From IMG/VR virus record IMGVR_UViG_3300005683_000016, positions 32,001 to 96,000 of that record: a stretch of 64,000 nt of DNA. The stretch is one strand, 5' to 3'. Position 1 is the first letter of the stretch; the number at the start of each line of letters is the position of its first letter. Positions 10,601 through 22,038 of the stretch are shown here, piece by piece. The stretch comes from a virus. The position numbers and the translations under genes are program-made. The notes under the pieces are model-generated. The model was given only the letters and a program-made list of their open reading frames with translations, did no database searches and was not told where the DNA came from.

Positions 10601-13600
10601 ATTAAATGTTCCATCAAAAATAAGTTGATTGTGGATAGCATTCCCGGACGTGGGGTTGAGTCCGTAAGCAAACCTCATATAGTTTCGTGTACCAGATGTT
10701 TGTCCGAGATTAGCAATGTTTCCTATAATTATACCAGCAGTAGAGTTTGCTGCGTTCGCACTGGCTGTTATATCTATTGCACTTGCAGATGTTGCTGTAT
10801 TCGAAACACTTACTAAACCAGTACTGCCTCCAAGAGTTATATTTTGAGCAGAATTTCCTACAGTATAAGTAGTAGCGACAGTAATGGCAGAGTTGGAAAT
10901 AGTAACTGGTGTGGTAGATCCTATGGATAAAATACCTGTAGAAGTGGTTCTATCTAACTTCATTATCTCTGCCAATGCTCCTGCATTGTCTCCCAACTGA
11001 AAAGACAGTGCTGCTTCCCTATTTGCGTGCGTGGCATTAGTCCAATAAGAAGCGATTCGAGCCATATCTTGATTGGTCGTTGTAGAAGAGTGACCCTGAA
11101 ATAAAAGAGCGTTACCAAACAATGTACCACCAGCAGTAGTCGAGTTAGTACGGAGTGTGAGTATATCAGAAACCGTAACAGTGTTTGCAGTAACCTCTGT
11201 CAGGGTCATTTGTCCTCCGGTGGAAGCACCTGTTGAAATAGATGCTCTTGTTACTCCGTTTGTTTCAAAAGATAAAGTGTTGTTGTCATTTGTACCTATA
11301 ATCATTGCTGCACTGAACGAATTACCATTTTGTAAAACATCTCCCGTACCTATCGGTGTAGCCCACGTTCCATCACCCCTCCAAAAAGTAGAAGAAGATG
11401 CTCCAGAACCACTATTTAAGTTGGCAACGGGAAGGTTTCCTGTAATGGCATCCCCATCGGCTAAATCTAAAGCACCCCAAGCATAAGTAGAGGCTCCAGT
11501 TACTCTTAAAACTTGACCAACTGTAGAAGAGTTTGTGATGGCAGTTACAGCAGAGGTTCCGTTACCCTGTAAAATACCAGTTAAAGAACCTGCTCCAGTA
11601 CCACCACGAGATACCGCTAATTGTCCTGTCCAACCTAAAGTCAAACTTGCGTCTCTCAAAAGAGAAGTGGAGGGGTTTCCTCCTAGAGTTAAAGTAACAT
11701 TGGTGTCGTCTACCTTAGTTAAAGCACCTGCTGCGGTATAAGAAGGTGCTGCTGTAGAACCTGTAGCATTACCAAAGTAAGTATTTGCTCCTGCATTAGA
11801 AAGAGAAAAGGTCAAAGCAGGAGTAGTGGTAGTAGTGGCTTCACTCGTAGTAAACAAAGGAGACAAATCACCCGCACTAAAGTTTGTTACAGTACCATTA
11901 TTTGTTGCTGCAATGGTCACCACACCTGCTCCACTTGTACCAGTAGTAGTTAAGGTAATACCACTTCCTTCGGAAAATTGTATAGACCCGCCAGAATTTG
12001 ACAGGGTTAAAGTGTGTGTAGTAGCATCACTTGTATTAGCAAGTGTTTGAAGTTCGTTGGTAGCAGATTCGTCCTGAAATACTCTGGAAAATACCAAATT
12101 TGTAGTTCCTAAAGTGAAAGGCCCCTTAGTATCTAATTTCCAATAAGTAGCACCATAAGTAGCACCTAATTTTACTGCTACTAAAATACCGGGATCCAAT
12201 TTAGATGCTCCATCAGCATCCGTAGAGCGCGTCCACGATCCTGCTGCACAATCCCAAATGCCGTTTTCTTTAGGATCTGTTTGACCTGCCACTAATACTC
12301 GTTGACCGGCACTAATTGAAACACCATCGATTGTTTCAGTACCACTCAAGTCAAGATTGGAAGTGGCAACTGCTTGAACAAATAATTTAGAAGTAGCAGT
12401 ATGATTGTTAAACGTAAAAGTAGGATTACCAGAAACCCCGTTTGTGTTTGCACTACCAATACCTATGTAGGAGGAGGATAAAGAAGAAGCGGAAATAGAT
12501 CTGGTTGCCCAAGTACCATCTCCTGTTCTTACTGCTAATCCTGTAGTTGATAGTCCTTCAACTCCTGCCAGATCATTTGCAAGAGCAAGGGTCATGTTTC
12601 CACTTGAAGTAACAGGAGAACCCGATACAGTAATACCAGCAGCAGGTTGAGTAATTCCTACACTTGTAACTGTTCCTACAGTGTTAGTTACATCAAAACT
12701 AACGGAGGGACTGTTTGTAAGACTAATAGTAAATCGTTCTATTCCTCCTACAGTAGTAGAGTCTATGGAGAGGTCTTGAGTATCAGTATCAGTAATAGTT
12801 GAGGCTATAGTTACGGTTCCAGCAGAACCAGTACCACCTGTGGTTAAGGTGATTCCAGTACCTTCAATAAATTGAACTGTTCCTCCACTATTAGACAGAG
12901 TTACAGTGTGACTTGTAGCATCAGAAGAATTAGTTATGGTCTGAAGTTCGTTCGTGGTAGAGCCATCTACTTCGGTAGCAGTTATTGTTAAAGTGTTAGA
13001 AGTAGCATTATAAGAAGTAGAAGCAATACCAGCACCAGCAAATAATAAAGTTTGGTTGCTAATAACCTCAGTATCTCCTGCGTCACCATCTACTGTCCAA
13101 GCCTCATTAGTAGTACTACCATCTGTTTCAGTTGCTGTAATAGTAAAGTTTGGGTATGTTCCAGTTATGTCTACTATTCCACCTTCAGTAAGAGAAACAG
13201 TTTGATCAGGAGCACTGTTAGTAATAGTTATAGCGTCTGTACCTGCATTTGTGGTAATGGTAATTCCAGTACCGTTTACTAATGTTAAAGCGTCTGTAGT
13301 ACCGTCTGCAACTACATCAGATTGTCCAGAAACTGAAACTGTCTGAAAGATATTTTGAAGTTCGTTGGTTGTGCTACCATCTACCTCTGTAGTAGTGATT
13401 CTAAGAACATTAGCAGAAGGCTCACTAAGTACAGAAATACCAGACGCTTCTATTGTAATGTCATTAGAAGAAGTAGAGATGTCAAAAACATACGGATTGG
13501 TTCCTGTTAAAGAAAGATCTTGAATCTCATTAGAGGTAGAAGCATCTACAGCAGCAATAGTTAATTCGTTAGAACTGCGACTAAGAGTAATACCAGATCC

Positions 13601-16600
13601 TTCAGCGAAAGTTACATCTGTACCTGTGTTTGAATTAAGAGTATAGGGAGAACTGGAACCTGAAAAGGTTAAATCAGTTACCCCTGCACCCGGAGTAGCA
13701 GCAATAGTAATAGTAGAACCAGATTCAGTAATAGTAACGTTAGAACCGCCCTCTATAGTTACTGCGGTAGATCCACTTGTATTACTAACTATGGTTGAAG
13801 AGTTACCTCCACCAGCACCTACAGTGAGTGAACCTTCATTAGTTACGCTCCCGTCTACCTCAGTAGAAGTAATTAAGAGCACATCAGTAGAAGTATTATA
13901 GTCAGTAGTAGTTATACCTGCACCCTGAAACTTTACAGTCTGATTACTAATAACTTCAGTATCAGCATCGTCAGCATCAATAGTCCATGCTTCATTTGTA
14001 GTGGAACCATCGACTTCAGTAGAAGTTATTGTAAAATTTGGATAAGTACCTGTCACTACAGTAATTCCACCATTATTTAATACAACAGTTTGATCGGGAG
14101 AAGAGTTAGTAATAACCAAAGTGTTAGCAGGACTCTCTGAAAGTGAAATTCCAGTACCGGCAGAGAAATTAACATCGTTGGAAGAACCACTAATATCTAA
14201 GGTGTAAGGAGAAGAAGAACCTGTAATAGTTAAGTCTTGAATCTCATTTGAAGTGCTTCCATCCACCTCCGTAGCAGTAAGAGTAATAGAACCACCATTA
14301 GAAGAAGTAGACTCACTAATCGCAAGAATACCAGCAGCATTTATAGTTACAGCGTTTCCAGTAGAAGTTGTAGTTAACAAAGTAGCAGATGTACCACTAC
14401 CTGCACCAACTCCTAAAATACCTTCGTTGGATATACTACCATCAACTTCAGTCCCTGTAATGATTAAAGTATTAGCAGGAGACTCGGAGAGTGTAATTAT
14501 ACCGGCACCAGAAATAGTTATATCTGTTCCTGTAGAAGACTCTACTGTGTAAGTAGGCCCGCTTCCTCCGATAGTTAAATCAGTAGATGCAGAAGGAGGT
14601 ACAGCCCAAGTTCCATCTTCTCTTAAAAACTCATCAGTACCACTTCCGTCTCCATCTGGAACCAAACCTCTTAAAGAGGAAGTCATTATTGGAATAGTAG
14701 TACCTGTTCCACCACTAATACCCAAAGCCCCGGTAGATTGAGTATAACTTAAATTTTGAGCATCGGTGTTATCTAAGTAGGAAGAGAGATCAACTGTTTT
14801 GAAAGGAACCCCATCAGAACTAAGAGAAGCACGAAGTATATTACTTACAATTTCAAATGTATCAATTTGTTGAATTTCATTTGTCGTGCTACCGTCTACT
14901 TCAGTACTCGTAATAGTAATGGTGTTTCCAGATTCGTTTACAGTAGTAATTCCAGATCCAGTAAGTGTAATAGTTGCGCTACCAGAACTGTTAGATTGGA
15001 TTAAAGAAGTGGTTCCAGTACCTGCTCCTACTGATAATACACCTTCATTTGTAACAGATCCATCTACCTCTGTTGCAGTTAAAATTAAAGTATTTGCAGG
15101 TGATTCACTTAAAGTTAAGATACCTGCCCCTTGAATAGTTACATCAGAACCCCCACTGATAGCAATATCGTAAGTAGGCCCCGATCCTTCTATGGTAAGA
15201 TTTTGAGCATCTGTATTAGTGACAGTACTCGCTATAGTAAAATTGGGATAAGTCCCTGTTACATCAATCCCTGTTCCTTCAGAAAGACTAACCGTTTGGT
15301 CTGGAGAACTATTAGTAATAGTTAACTCATTAGAAGAACGAGACAATGAAATTCCTGTGCCAGCAGCAATGGTCACATCTGTTCCAGAAGACGAGTTTAA
15401 TGTAAACGGAGTAGATGCTCCGGTAAAAGTAAGGTCGGTAGCTCCTCCCGAAGGAGCATCACCCCAATATATCTGCGAACCAGATGAATACAGTATTTGT
15501 CCAGCATCACCATAAGTTCCTGCTGATTTTATCGCAATGCTGTCCGGCGTGACCTGGATCAGATTGTTAGCACTGTTTGCCAACTGAACAACATCATTGT
15601 CAATATATACTTGTGCTTGTGCATTTGGACTGTAAAATCCTACGTGCCCATCTGTGGCAAGCGAATCTTCGCCAGAGTAGAAATCTGCCATGATCTCGCT
15701 GTTCGGATACATGAACTGAATGCTTGCAACACTGTCAAAATTTACGAGCCTAACGGTATCGGCCAAAATATTTCCATTTGAGTTGTAGATATTCTGACCA
15801 CCGGCAGTATTAATGTCAAAATAAATTGAATTGCCATCTTCAATACTGATTTCAAATCTTTCAATGTCTCCGATCATTGCGGAGTCAATCGAAAGGTTTT
15901 GGTTGTCTGTGTCAGTAATGGTGCTTGCGATGGTGAAATTCGGGTATGTGCCCGTCACATCAATTCCCGTACCCTCGGAAAGGCTCACTGTTTGGTCAGG
16001 CGCCGAGTTGGTGATGGTAAAATTGGGATAGGTGCCACTCACGCTGATCCCCGTTCCGTTGTTCAGAACAACCGTCTGATCGGGCGCTGAGTTGGTAATC
16101 ACCAAGGTATTTGCCGGGGACTCCGACAATGTGACCCCTGTTCCAGAAGCAAAATTCACATCGTTTGCCGAACCTGAAATGTCCAGGGTGAATGGGGAAG
16201 AAGACCCTGTGATGCTCAAGTCCTGTGCGTCGGTATTGACGTATGAAGAAAGATCAACGCTGGAAAAAGGAAGTCCGTCGTTTAACAGCGAAAGCCTGAG
16301 GGTATTTGACACGATCTCAAATGTATCAATGGTCTGGATTTCGTTAGTAGTAGACCCATCCACTTCGGATTGGAGATACCTTCCATCGAGATCTACTGTA
16401 TTACCTCCACTGATTGAGAGTTCTCCATTAGACCCATTCCAAGAGAGTGTTTGAGCATCAGTATTCGTAGAGGTATTAGTAATGGTAAAGTTGGGATAAG
16501 TTCCAGTAACTGAGATACCTGTACCATTATTAAGCACTACTGTCTGATCAGGAGCAGAGTTTACTAAAGTAGTTCCACTGAAATTTAACCCTGTTCCTAA

Positions 16601-18055
16601 GGTAATTTCACTTACATTAGCAGTAGATCCTGTAGGATTTCCTAACAATGTTTGAGCAGTGGCTTGCTGCATCTTAGCGTAAGTAATTTGATTATTACCT
16701 ACATGGATAGTCAAAACATTCAAGGTGTCTAAGAAAAGACCTCCCGGAATCCAGTTAGAACCATCGGATGCGTAGAAGTATTTAGATCCGTTAACATCTA
16801 CTGTTTTTAGAATAATAGACCCCTCTATATCTACAGAGGGTAAAGGAGTTATAATATCTAAATTATAAACTTGAGGACTGCTTCCACTTACTCCCGGAAG
16901 AACTACAAAGTCTTCGGGAATAGAATCATTAAATAGAGAGATGTAAAGAGTATCATTAGAAACTCTAAACGTGTCTACATACTGAAGATATGTATCGTCG
17001 TTATAATCTTTATGAGTAATACTTAAGGAGTCAAACGTAGCCCTGTGATCTGAGTAGTAACGAGCATCATTACCTCTGATAGTAACTCGATCTGGAGAAG
17101 TAGTAAATAAATTAATCCCATTACCACTTATGTCTAATCTATTAGTTCCTCCTATGTCGTTTTGTTTAAGAGTTAAACTATCAGGAGTAAATCTTGCTTG
17201 TGCTCCATATACTGTAAGATCGTAAAGGATGTCAAAATAAGCAGAATCTTTATCTGACAAAAAGGTGATACCGGAATCAATTACTGCTTCGTGATGATAA
17301 GTTACAGTGTCAGAAACTCCATAAATACCACCTCCTTGACTTGCAGAAAGTCCAGTAAGAACTACAAATTTTTTAGGAACTCCATCACTTGACAGTGAGA
17401 GATAAAGAGTGTCGTTAGATAGAACGAAGGAATCTATCTGTTGAATTTCATTAGTAGTAGATCCATCAACCTCTGTTGAGGTTATAGTAAAGTTAGGATA
17501 CGTTCCACTAATAGCACTAATACCTGCTCCAGTTAAAGTCACAGTCTGGTCAGGAGAACTATTTGTGATAGTAAAATTAGGATAAGTTCCACTTGTAGTT
17601 ATTCCTGTACCAGAGTTTAAAACTACAGTTTGATCAGGTGCTGTGTTAGTGATTATGTTACTACCTATGCTAATTCCTGTTCCTGCTGTGTAAGGTACTG
17701 AAGCACAGTTAAGACAATTCCAAGTAGAACTGTTGTACCAATAAATTAAGTTAGAGTTGTTAATAATAAAGTCTGGTTCCCCATACTTGGGAGACACAGT
17801 AGGAGCAGCATTGGAGTTTAGTTTACCAATCATAGATCCTGCTAAAACCCACACACTATTAGTGCGGTTAAATCTCCAAATCTTCGAAGTGGTAATATCT
17901 ATGGCCCATTCACTGTCATATTGAACTCTTGGTGTACCTGTAGGTTGACCATTAGTATAAATAACAGCAGCACCTTTACTCACGTTAGTAACCTGAGAAT
18001 AGAGGGAAATAGTAGAAATTAAAAGCAAAAGAGTAAAAATAATTTTATTCAACAT
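7625..18055 (-). CDS. Giant (~3,476 aa) Ser/Thr/Gly-rich repeat fibre/adhesin protein with N-terminal signal peptide
   Basis: Probable start [20 protein letters not shown]|Q at 18055 (the tracked start at 18163 lies inside the upstream gene). Many EVDGSTTNE(I/L)Q and PDQTV...GTYPNFTI repeats, a phage-fibre 'TIDGV...RVLV..QT..ENGIW...WTR' domain, and a C-terminal cement-like domain. Confidence 0.8.
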   Translation of the reverse strand: MLNKIIFTLLLLISTISLYSQVTNVSKGAAVIYTNGQPTGTPRVQYDSEWAIDITTSKIWRFNRTNSVWVLAGSMIGKLNSNAAPTVSPKYGEPDFIINNSNLIYWYNSSTWNCLNCASVPYTAGTGISIGSNIITNTAPDQTVVLNSGTGITTSGTYPNFTITNSSPDQTVTLTGAGISAISGTYPNFTITSTEVDGSTTNEIQQIDSFVLSNDTLYLSLSSDGVPKKFVVLTGLSASQGGGIYGVSDTVTYHHEAVIDSGITFLSDKDSAYFDILYDLTVYGAQARFTPDSLTLKQNDIGGTNRLDISGNGINLFTTSPDRVTIRGNDARYYSDHRATFDSLSITHKDYNDDTYLQYVDTFRVSNDTLYISLFNDSIPEDFVVLPGVSGSSPQVYNLDIITPLPSVDIEGSIILKTVDVNGSKYFYASDGSNWIPGGLFLDTLNVLTIHVGNNQITYAKMQQATAQTLLGNPTGSTANVSEITLGTGLNFSGTTLVNSAPDQTVVLNNGTGISVTGTYPNFTITNTSTNTDAQTLSWNGSNGELSISGGNTVDLDGRYLQSEVDGSTTNEIQTIDTFEIVSNTLRLSLLNDGLPFSSVDLSSYVNTDAQDLSITGSSSPFTLDISGSANDVNFASGTGVTLSESPANTLVITNSAPDQTVVLNNGTGISVSGTYPNFTITNSAPDQTVSLSEGTGIDVTGTYPNFTIASTITDTDNQNLSIDSAMIGDIERFEISIEDGNSIYFDINTAGGQNIYNSNGNILADTVRLVNFDSVASIQFMYPNSEIMADFYSGEDSLATDGHVGFYSPNAQAQVYIDNDVVQLANSANNLIQVTPDSIAIKSAGTYGDAGQILYSSGSQIYWGDAPSGGATDLTFTGASTPFTLNSSSGTDVTIAAGTGISLSRSSNELTITNSSPDQTVSLSEGTGIDVTGTYPNFTIASTVTNTDAQNLTIEGSGPTYDIAISGGSDVTIQGAGILTLSESPANTLILTATEVDGSVTNEGVLSVGAGTGTTSLIQSNSSGSATITLTGSGITTVNESGNTITITSTEVDGSTTNEIQQIDTFEIVSNILRASLSSDGVPFKTVDLSSYLDNTDAQNLSYTQSTGALGISGGTGTTIPIMTSSLRGLVPDGDGSGTDEFLREDGTWAVPPSASTDLTIGGSGPTYTVESSTGTDITISGAGIITLSESPANTLIITGTEVDGSISNEGILGVGAGSGTSATLLTTTSTGNAVTINAAGILAISESTSSNGGSITLTATEVDGSTSNEIQDLTITGSSSPYTLDISGSSNDVNFSAGTGISLSESPANTLVITNSSPDQTVVLNNGGITVVTGTYPNFTITSTEVDGSTTNEAWTIDADDADTEVISNQTVKFQGAGITTTDYNTSTDVLLITSTEVDGSVTNEGSLTVGAGGGNSSTIVSNTSGSTAVTIEGGSNVTITESGSTITIAATPGAGVTDLTFSGSSSPYTLNSNTGTDVTFAEGSGITLSRSSNELTIAAVDASTSNEIQDLSLTGTNPYVFDISTSSNDITIEASGISVLSEPSANVLRITTTEVDGSTTNELQNIFQTVSVSGQSDVVADGTTDALTLVNGTGITITTNAGTDAITITNSAPDQTVSLTEGGIVDITGTYPNFTITATETDGSTTNEAWTVDGDAGDTEVISNQTLLFAGAGIASTSYNATSNTLTITATEVDGSTTNELQTITNSSDATSHTVTLSNSGGTVQFIEGTGITLTTGGTGSAGTVTIASTITDTDTQDLSIDSTTVGGIERFTISLTNSPSVSFDVTNTVGTVTSVGITQPAAGITVSGSPVTSSGNMTLALANDLAGVEGLSTTGLAVRTGDGTWATRSISASSLSSSYIGIGSANTNGVSGNPTFTFNNHTATSKLFVQAVATSNLDLSGTETIDGVSISAGQRVLVAGQTDPKENGIWDCAAGSWTRSTDADGASKLDPGILVAVKLGATYGATYWKLDTKGPFTLGTTNLVFSRVFQDESATNELQTLANTSDATTHTLTLSNSGGSIQFSEGSGITLTTTGTSGAGVVTIAATNNGTVTNFSAGDLSPLFTTSEATTTTTPALTFSLSNAGANTYFGNATGSTAAPSYTAAGALTKVDDTNVTLTLGGNPSTSLLRDASLTLGWTGQLAVSRGGTGAGSLTGILQGNGTSAVTAITNSSTVGQVLRVTGASTYAWGALDLADGDAITGNLPVANLNSGSGASSSTFWRGDGTWATPIGTGDVLQNGNSFSAAMIIGTNDNNTLSFETNGVTRASISTGASTGGQMTLTEVTANTVTVSDILTLRTNSTTAGGTLFGNALLFQGHSSTTTNQDMARIASYWTNATHANREAALSFQLGDNAGALAEIMKLDRTTSTGILSIGSTTPVTISNSAITVATTYTVGNSAQNITLGGSTGLVSVSNTATSASAIDITASANAANSTAGIIIGNIANLGQTSGTRNYMRFAYGLNPTSGNAIHNQLIFDGTFNQTGGANGIIRSIYINPTLTAVADYRGIDIPYSSATAKGIYQSGTSTTNNFAGNTRIGSTSTPARTLDVTGELRVSDLVTDNPTVLVGADGDGDFAGITVGTGLSLSGTTLTATGGATDLTIGGAGPTYTIESSTGTDVTISGSGITLSESPANTLVFTATDASVSNEGSLTVGTGGGNSSTIVSNTSGSTAVTIEGSGIVTVSESGSTITIGATEVDGSTTNEIQDLSLTGSNPYVFDISGSSNDITIEAAGISVLSEPSSNVLRITTTEVDGSTSNELQTYSHGGTTTYTNTLSNGGGSWSITGAGIAVISQTAGAVTVTATEVDGSVTNEGSLTVGAGSGTTSTIVSNTSGSTAVTIEASTGLSINESGSTITLTNTGDTNASDDITGSGVSGRVAYFNGTQTVTSDADFTFNGAQVGIGASPSSSYRLYLKQSTTADGIFIERSSSSTGFSLYQDDASYISGSGNMTLKTSGGTIKLEPPGGNSFIQGVTIVPTAAKTDTFVGSTFLNIEGTYSPTLASTLTGYPSLLRLGTTINQTSGANQPMNGLFIDPTLTAAPNDFRGINYKPSTHTFLWQPEGDTVRSYLRGKLGIGSSTSSPSRTLDVGGEVRIRDLSTTNPASIVGADANGVLSSITVGSGLSLTGTTLTATAGAGNGIYGGSDVIPDATVAKASSNGTFFFAWNDNNPLWGFDDSAEEIYVYSPSTYSVTTLGDHTILLDDTFNPTSGTQAYASLNLTSTINQTGGASGITRGIYLNPTLTTIADFRGLEIAYSNSSAKGIYQSGSSTTNNFAGATRFGSTSAPARTVDITGELRVSDLTTDNPTILVGADGDGDFSGVTLGDGLSFTTTTLNSMVITAAPSSNTTVSGEKITFTANENQAFGDVVYIGSDGDATLADADGIATAKVVAMCTATVTTGNSATYLLKGIARNDSWNWTVGGYVYLSTTGTTGNTLTQTAPSGTDDCVVIVGIAVHPDRILVDPDKTIVEIK

Positions 18056-18419
18056 CTTCAACAAGGAGTTTAGGTGAACCATAAGGTAATCCATAAGTAT
18101 TATTTTCTGAAAGATAATAGATTTTGTCTTTTTGTACTCCGTTATCAAAGGCTTCTTGGTCATTAATAAAGAATTTAATAACGGTAGTTTCTCCGGGTAA
18201 AAGAGTACCGTCAGAAGTTACTATTCCCACATATCGAGTAGTTACCGAGAAAATTTCCGTAACTTCTTGGGGAAAGAATGAATTATTAAGTAAAAGATAA
18301 CTGTGTAGTAATTCAGACCAATCAATATCTTTTTGTCCTATTCCAAGATACCTTGAGAGGACATATTTATATTGTTGATTGAATAGTTTACATTTGGATT
18401 TATCGAGAGAAAACCGCAT
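18045..18419 (-). CDS. Hypothetical structural-module protein
   Basis: 124-aa ORF tightly packed in the operon. Confidence 0.6.
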   Translation of the reverse strand: MRFSLDKSKCKLFNQQYKYVLSRYLGIGQKDIDWSELLHSYLLLNNSFFPQEVTEIFSVTTRYVGIVTSDGTLLPGETTVIKFFINDQEAFDNGVQKDKIYYLSENNTYGLPYGSPKLLVEDVE

Positions 18420-18672
18420 ATAAGTTTTTTAAATATTTGTTACAGTTTGTATCATAATTCTTAATTGCTCTGTTAACTACTGAAAGGTCATAAGTAATTC
18501 GAGTAAGTTGAGTAGGAGTAGCACTAATTTTTTGATTTAAAAGAGACTCCTTTTTAGACTGAAGTTCTTCTAAAGTAAAGTGACATTCATCACTCTGTAC
18601 AGGTTCTTCTACAAAACGAGCATAAATCATTCCAGCATATTGCTGTTTTTGAGCACAAGATGCACAAGCCAT
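18400..18672 (-). CDS. Small Cys-containing hypothetical protein
   Basis: Likely start MACASCAQ at 18672, just after the upstream stop. Confidence 0.6.
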   Translation of the reverse strand: MACASCAQKQQYAGMIYARFVEEPVQSDECHFTLEELQSKKESLLNQKISATPTQLTRITYDLSVVNRAIKNYDTNCNKYLKNLYAVFSR

Positions 18673-18682
18673 AGTATTTTTA

Positions 18683-19228
18683 TTAACAGTCTCCTTGACA
18701 ATTATATTTTTTAAACGCTCTATCCACTTGGTTATAAATAATTGTAGCCTCTTCATGTTTTCCACAACACTCTGCCAAAAATTTTGCAGAGTCAAGGAGT
18801 TGGAGTAAGACAAAAATATCTTTAGACCAATTAGAAATATCAAGAGTGCAATTATTAATACCATCAAGTGTTGAACTAACATAACACATTATTTTCTTCT
18901 TAAGATTAACAATTCTAAAGTGATAATAATCTCTATAAAGACAATCATTGGGATAAACTGATTGTGTAAACTTCCAAAGTCCATCTGGAAGAATTAACAT
19001 AGAATCAAAAGAAGTAGTATCTGTCCACCCCAAAGCATTACTATTGATATAAATAGTGGAAAGCGTAGGGTAAATTAAAGAATAAACAGTAGAAAAATTA
19101 GGAGGACTAACTTTAAGCAGGGGTTGATCCACTTCTACGTCAGGGTTATATTCAGATACATCCTGAAGATAAATTAACTTTTCATTAGGGGTATCTATAA
19201 ACAATAATTCTAATTGAGTCTGGTTCAT
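18683..19228 (-). CDS. Conserved crAss-like structural protein
   Basis: 'QDVSEY', 'LPDGLW..T.SV.P' and C-terminal Cys motifs typical of crAss-like tail hub/fibre-attachment proteins. Confidence 0.55.
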   Translation of the reverse strand: MNQTQLELLFIDTPNEKLIYLQDVSEYNPDVEVDQPLLKVSPPNFSTVYSLIYPTLSTIYINSNALGWTDTTSFDSMLILPDGLWKFTQSVYPNDCLYRDYYHFRIVNLKKKIMCYVSSTLDGINNCTLDISNWSKDIFVLLQLLDSAKFLAECCGKHEEATIIYNQVDRAFKKYNCQGDC

Positions 19229-19237
19229 TTTTTAAAT

Positions 19238-19903
19238 TTAAGTATGTTTAATTCCTCTCTCTTGAGTTGTTTTATAATTCCACTGATCTGAAGTATCTGC
19301 CGATAAAAGATTGCAAGTATCGTTTAAAATTTCAATTAAAGACGGCCCTTGAAACTCTGGATGTACGTCAGTGGTGATTACTCCATTTACATCACTAAAC
19401 CCGTCACTCATGTTGATTGAGATTGGATACCTATAATATACTAAAACTATGTCAGATATTTGAAAAGAATTTTCTAAATCTGAATAAACTCTTAATTTAT
19501 TACCTATTAAGGTACACAGAGTTTCTCCCCATTCTATAGAAGGTTTCCAAAACTCATCTCTTAACAAAAGATTGATGTCCCCTTCTTTTTTAAGAATGTT
19601 TCTTATTTCACAAGGAGTATAAGAGACAGATCTTTTATAGTGAAAATAATCCAAGGGAAGATCTATTTCGTAATAGTTGTTGGTTGAAGTAGGTTTTAAT
19701 AGGTCGGTTTCTTTTAGCAACTGTTGAACTTCATCTTTACGAATAATGTTAGTTTCTGCTAATTTTATTCTATCTTCTGCCCATTGAAGTTGAACACTGT
19801 TGAACGCTAATACAAAAGCGTGTTTTGGAATGTTGTCTCCAAAGTTTGAACCAAGACGATTCAACCTTTCCTGCATATATTTATAAGCCTCGTTAACCGT
19901 CAT
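19238..19903 (-). CDS. Ring/head-tail connector protein
   Basis: Likely start MTVNEAY at 19903; LPLDYFHY, FWKPS.EWGET and YYRYP motifs of the crAss-like ring protein. Confidence 0.65.
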   Translation of the reverse strand: MTVNEAYKYMQERLNRLGSNFGDNIPKHAFVLAFNSVQLQWAEDRIKLAETNIIRKDEVQQLLKETDLLKPTSTNNYYEIDLPLDYFHYKRSVSYTPCEIRNILKKEGDINLLLRDEFWKPSIEWGETLCTLIGNKLRVYSDLENSFQISDIVLVYYRYPISINMSDGFSDVNGVITTDVHPEFQGPSLIEILNDTCNLLSADTSDQWNYKTTQERGIKHT

Positions 19904-19923
19904 CGTTTTAAGTTTAAGAAAAG

Positions 19924-19957
19924 AAAAAAAGGGAGTAGGAGTAATACCCCCACTCCC
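19924..19957 (-). terminator. Intrinsic terminator
   Basis: GGGAGTGGGGGT-ATT-ACTCCTACTCCC plus T7 after the 672-aa gene. Confidence 0.75.
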
Positions 19958-19979
19958 CCGGTTATTTAGCAATTAAAGG

Positions 19980-21998
19980 TTAAACCCAATTCTCCAATTT
20001 TGCTTCAGGGAAAGCACTACCAACGAGTTGTTTAACACTTGTTACTGTAGCACTATCTTTTTGGTTGACAAAAAGAGTTACACAGTGACGACGGTTAGAA
20101 TGACTGGTAGTAGTATTTTGAGCGTAATCTTCATTGAAGTAGATGTCTACTGCATAGTAGAAGTCATCTGTATTTACACCCAACTTAATTCCTTCACGCT
20201 GCAAGAACAACTGATTGGTTTTATCAGTTTGGTTAACCCAAGGCTCTTGATTGTAGTAACGATCAGTGATAATACGTTTGATAACATCATCTCCTCTCAG
20301 TTGACGGAAAGTAGCACGTTGAGCATGTAACCAAGTAGGACTTGTGTAATTACAAATACGAGTGTCTTGATCATCACGATAAACGGTTACTACCAGTTCA
20401 ACGGGTTCTTTTTCTAAATAGGTTGCAAAGTCATATCCTGCAAAGTTGTCCAAAAGTTGAGTGGTGGGTAATGTTTCAAACTTGATACCACATTGGCAAC
20501 AATTGTCATCTGCTACAGGAGGTACGGGACAACCAGTATCTTCATCATAAGTCCAACCTACGCAAGGACAGACAGCCCAATGAGAACCTTTAAAGGGAGG
20601 AAGAGGATCAAAGCGCGGTGCTGGTTCAGTATCACAATCTGCTGTCAAATAAGCATTATTGTACTGACTAATAGTAAGTTGCATTACACAACCAGAGGGA
20701 TCATTTTGATCACCCAAAGCAAGAGAATCTGCAACCACATCAGAAAGATTACCAAAAAATGCTGCTGCTTCAGCAAGAAGAACTGCTTGAGTATCTTCAG
20801 GATCATCACCACATACATCAGCACCCAAGGAAAGACACAAATCACGTTGAACCTTATACGTAGTTCCGGCAGTTAACCAAGAAGTTGTAGTAGAACCACC
20901 AGAACATTGATCGGGAACTGTACCCAAAGCAGTAAGAACCTTGTAGTTATTTACCAAGGAATCCGTGAGTTCTGTATCACTGATCAAGTGCCAGATAGCA
21001 CCATTTGCAGTGGTAGATACTTTAGTTCCACTGGTTACATCAGTCCAGATACCTTGAATTGTACTAAGAGTTGTCAAAGGCCCATCTTCCCCACCGATTT
21101 CAACAAGGTAAGCGTAACCACCATCTACCGAAGAATAACCAGAAGGACAATCACCACATTCGTTTACAAAGATTACTGTTTGTTGAGTAAAACTGGAGGG
21201 AGCACCACCAGTTTTAATAATTTCGTAAGTAGTGTAAGGAGCCTTACGTTCTACTACAGTTACTTTGTTACTGGTGTACTGATTTTGAACAGCAGAGAGA
21301 GCGAGTTCATCACCATTGTCACATACGGTAAGACGATACTTATTGAAAGTAGTCTTGGTCAAACCAGTAGGTTCTTCTGCGCATTTAACAACTTTGGAAG
21401 CCTTGAAAAAACGAGATACCCACAAACCGTTGTTGAAACGGTCTACCAGATCATCAATATACTTGTAACAATCTTCACCTGTATTGCAACCTACTTGAGT
21501 GCAGGTATCACAACAATCAGTGGAAAATTCAATAATCTCTCGCATTTCACCGGGAAAGATGTTGCGAACAGGACGACCTTTTACTTCTACATGAAACATG
21601 TAAGTTTTACCACACTCAAAATTGAGTGATTGGCAAGGCGCAAGTGTACCGTTGTAACCCAAGTAATATACGTTGGGTTTTTCAGTTTCTTTAGGAACCT
21701 GATAACGAAGTACATCTACGTTTTTTACGGGAATCAATTCTGTACGAAAATTGAGATCAGAATTGTTCAAATTGGAAAGACGCTCCGGTTTGGAGTTTTG
21801 TGTGAATTGACGAATGTTGGGAGAACCCACAGCCATATAAACCTTGCGATGTTTAACAACATCACCTGCACTCAAGGTTTTGTGTGTGTCCTCGTTGAAG
21901 ATGCCCAACTCAAAAGGCAACAGATTTTCAATGCTTTTGTTAGCACTGGCAACGCTTCGTACAATCCAGGAAGTTGGAATGTGTTTTGGAAAAGACAT
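19980..21998 (-). CDS. Abundant Cys-rich capsid-associated (auxiliary/decoration) protein
   Basis: 672 aa, two genes downstream of MCP, with strong codon bias and its own terminator. Confidence 0.6.
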   Translation of the reverse strand: MSFPKHIPTSWIVRSVASANKSIENLLPFELGIFNEDTHKTLSAGDVVKHRKVYMAVGSPNIRQFTQNSKPERLSNLNNSDLNFRTELIPVKNVDVLRYQVPKETEKPNVYYLGYNGTLAPCQSLNFECGKTYMFHVEVKGRPVRNIFPGEMREIIEFSTDCCDTCTQVGCNTGEDCYKYIDDLVDRFNNGLWVSRFFKASKVVKCAEEPTGLTKTTFNKYRLTVCDNGDELALSAVQNQYTSNKVTVVERKAPYTTYEIIKTGGAPSSFTQQTVIFVNECGDCPSGYSSVDGGYAYLVEIGGEDGPLTTLSTIQGIWTDVTSGTKVSTTANGAIWHLISDTELTDSLVNNYKVLTALGTVPDQCSGGSTTTSWLTAGTTYKVQRDLCLSLGADVCGDDPEDTQAVLLAEAAAFFGNLSDVVADSLALGDQNDPSGCVMQLTISQYNNAYLTADCDTEPAPRFDPLPPFKGSHWAVCPCVGWTYDEDTGCPVPPVADDNCCQCGIKFETLPTTQLLDNFAGYDFATYLEKEPVELVVTVYRDDQDTRICNYTSPTWLHAQRATFRQLRGDDVIKRIITDRYYNQEPWVNQTDKTNQLFLQREGIKLGVNTDDFYYAVDIYFNEDYAQNTTTSHSNRRHCVTLFVNQKDSATVTSVKQLVGSAFPEAKLENWV

Positions 21999-22038
21999 TT
22001 TTAATTAGTTTGTTTGTTAAAGTTAAATAGTTAGTTAA

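Noticed and set aside
7893-16454. Many plus-strand V/P-rich ORFs inside the giant gene
   Set aside because: Shadow frames of Thr/Gly/Ser repeats.
18056-18163. N-terminal 36-aa extension of the giant ORF
   Set aside because: It lies inside the upstream gene; Met37 gives a clean signal peptide and a normal short overlap.
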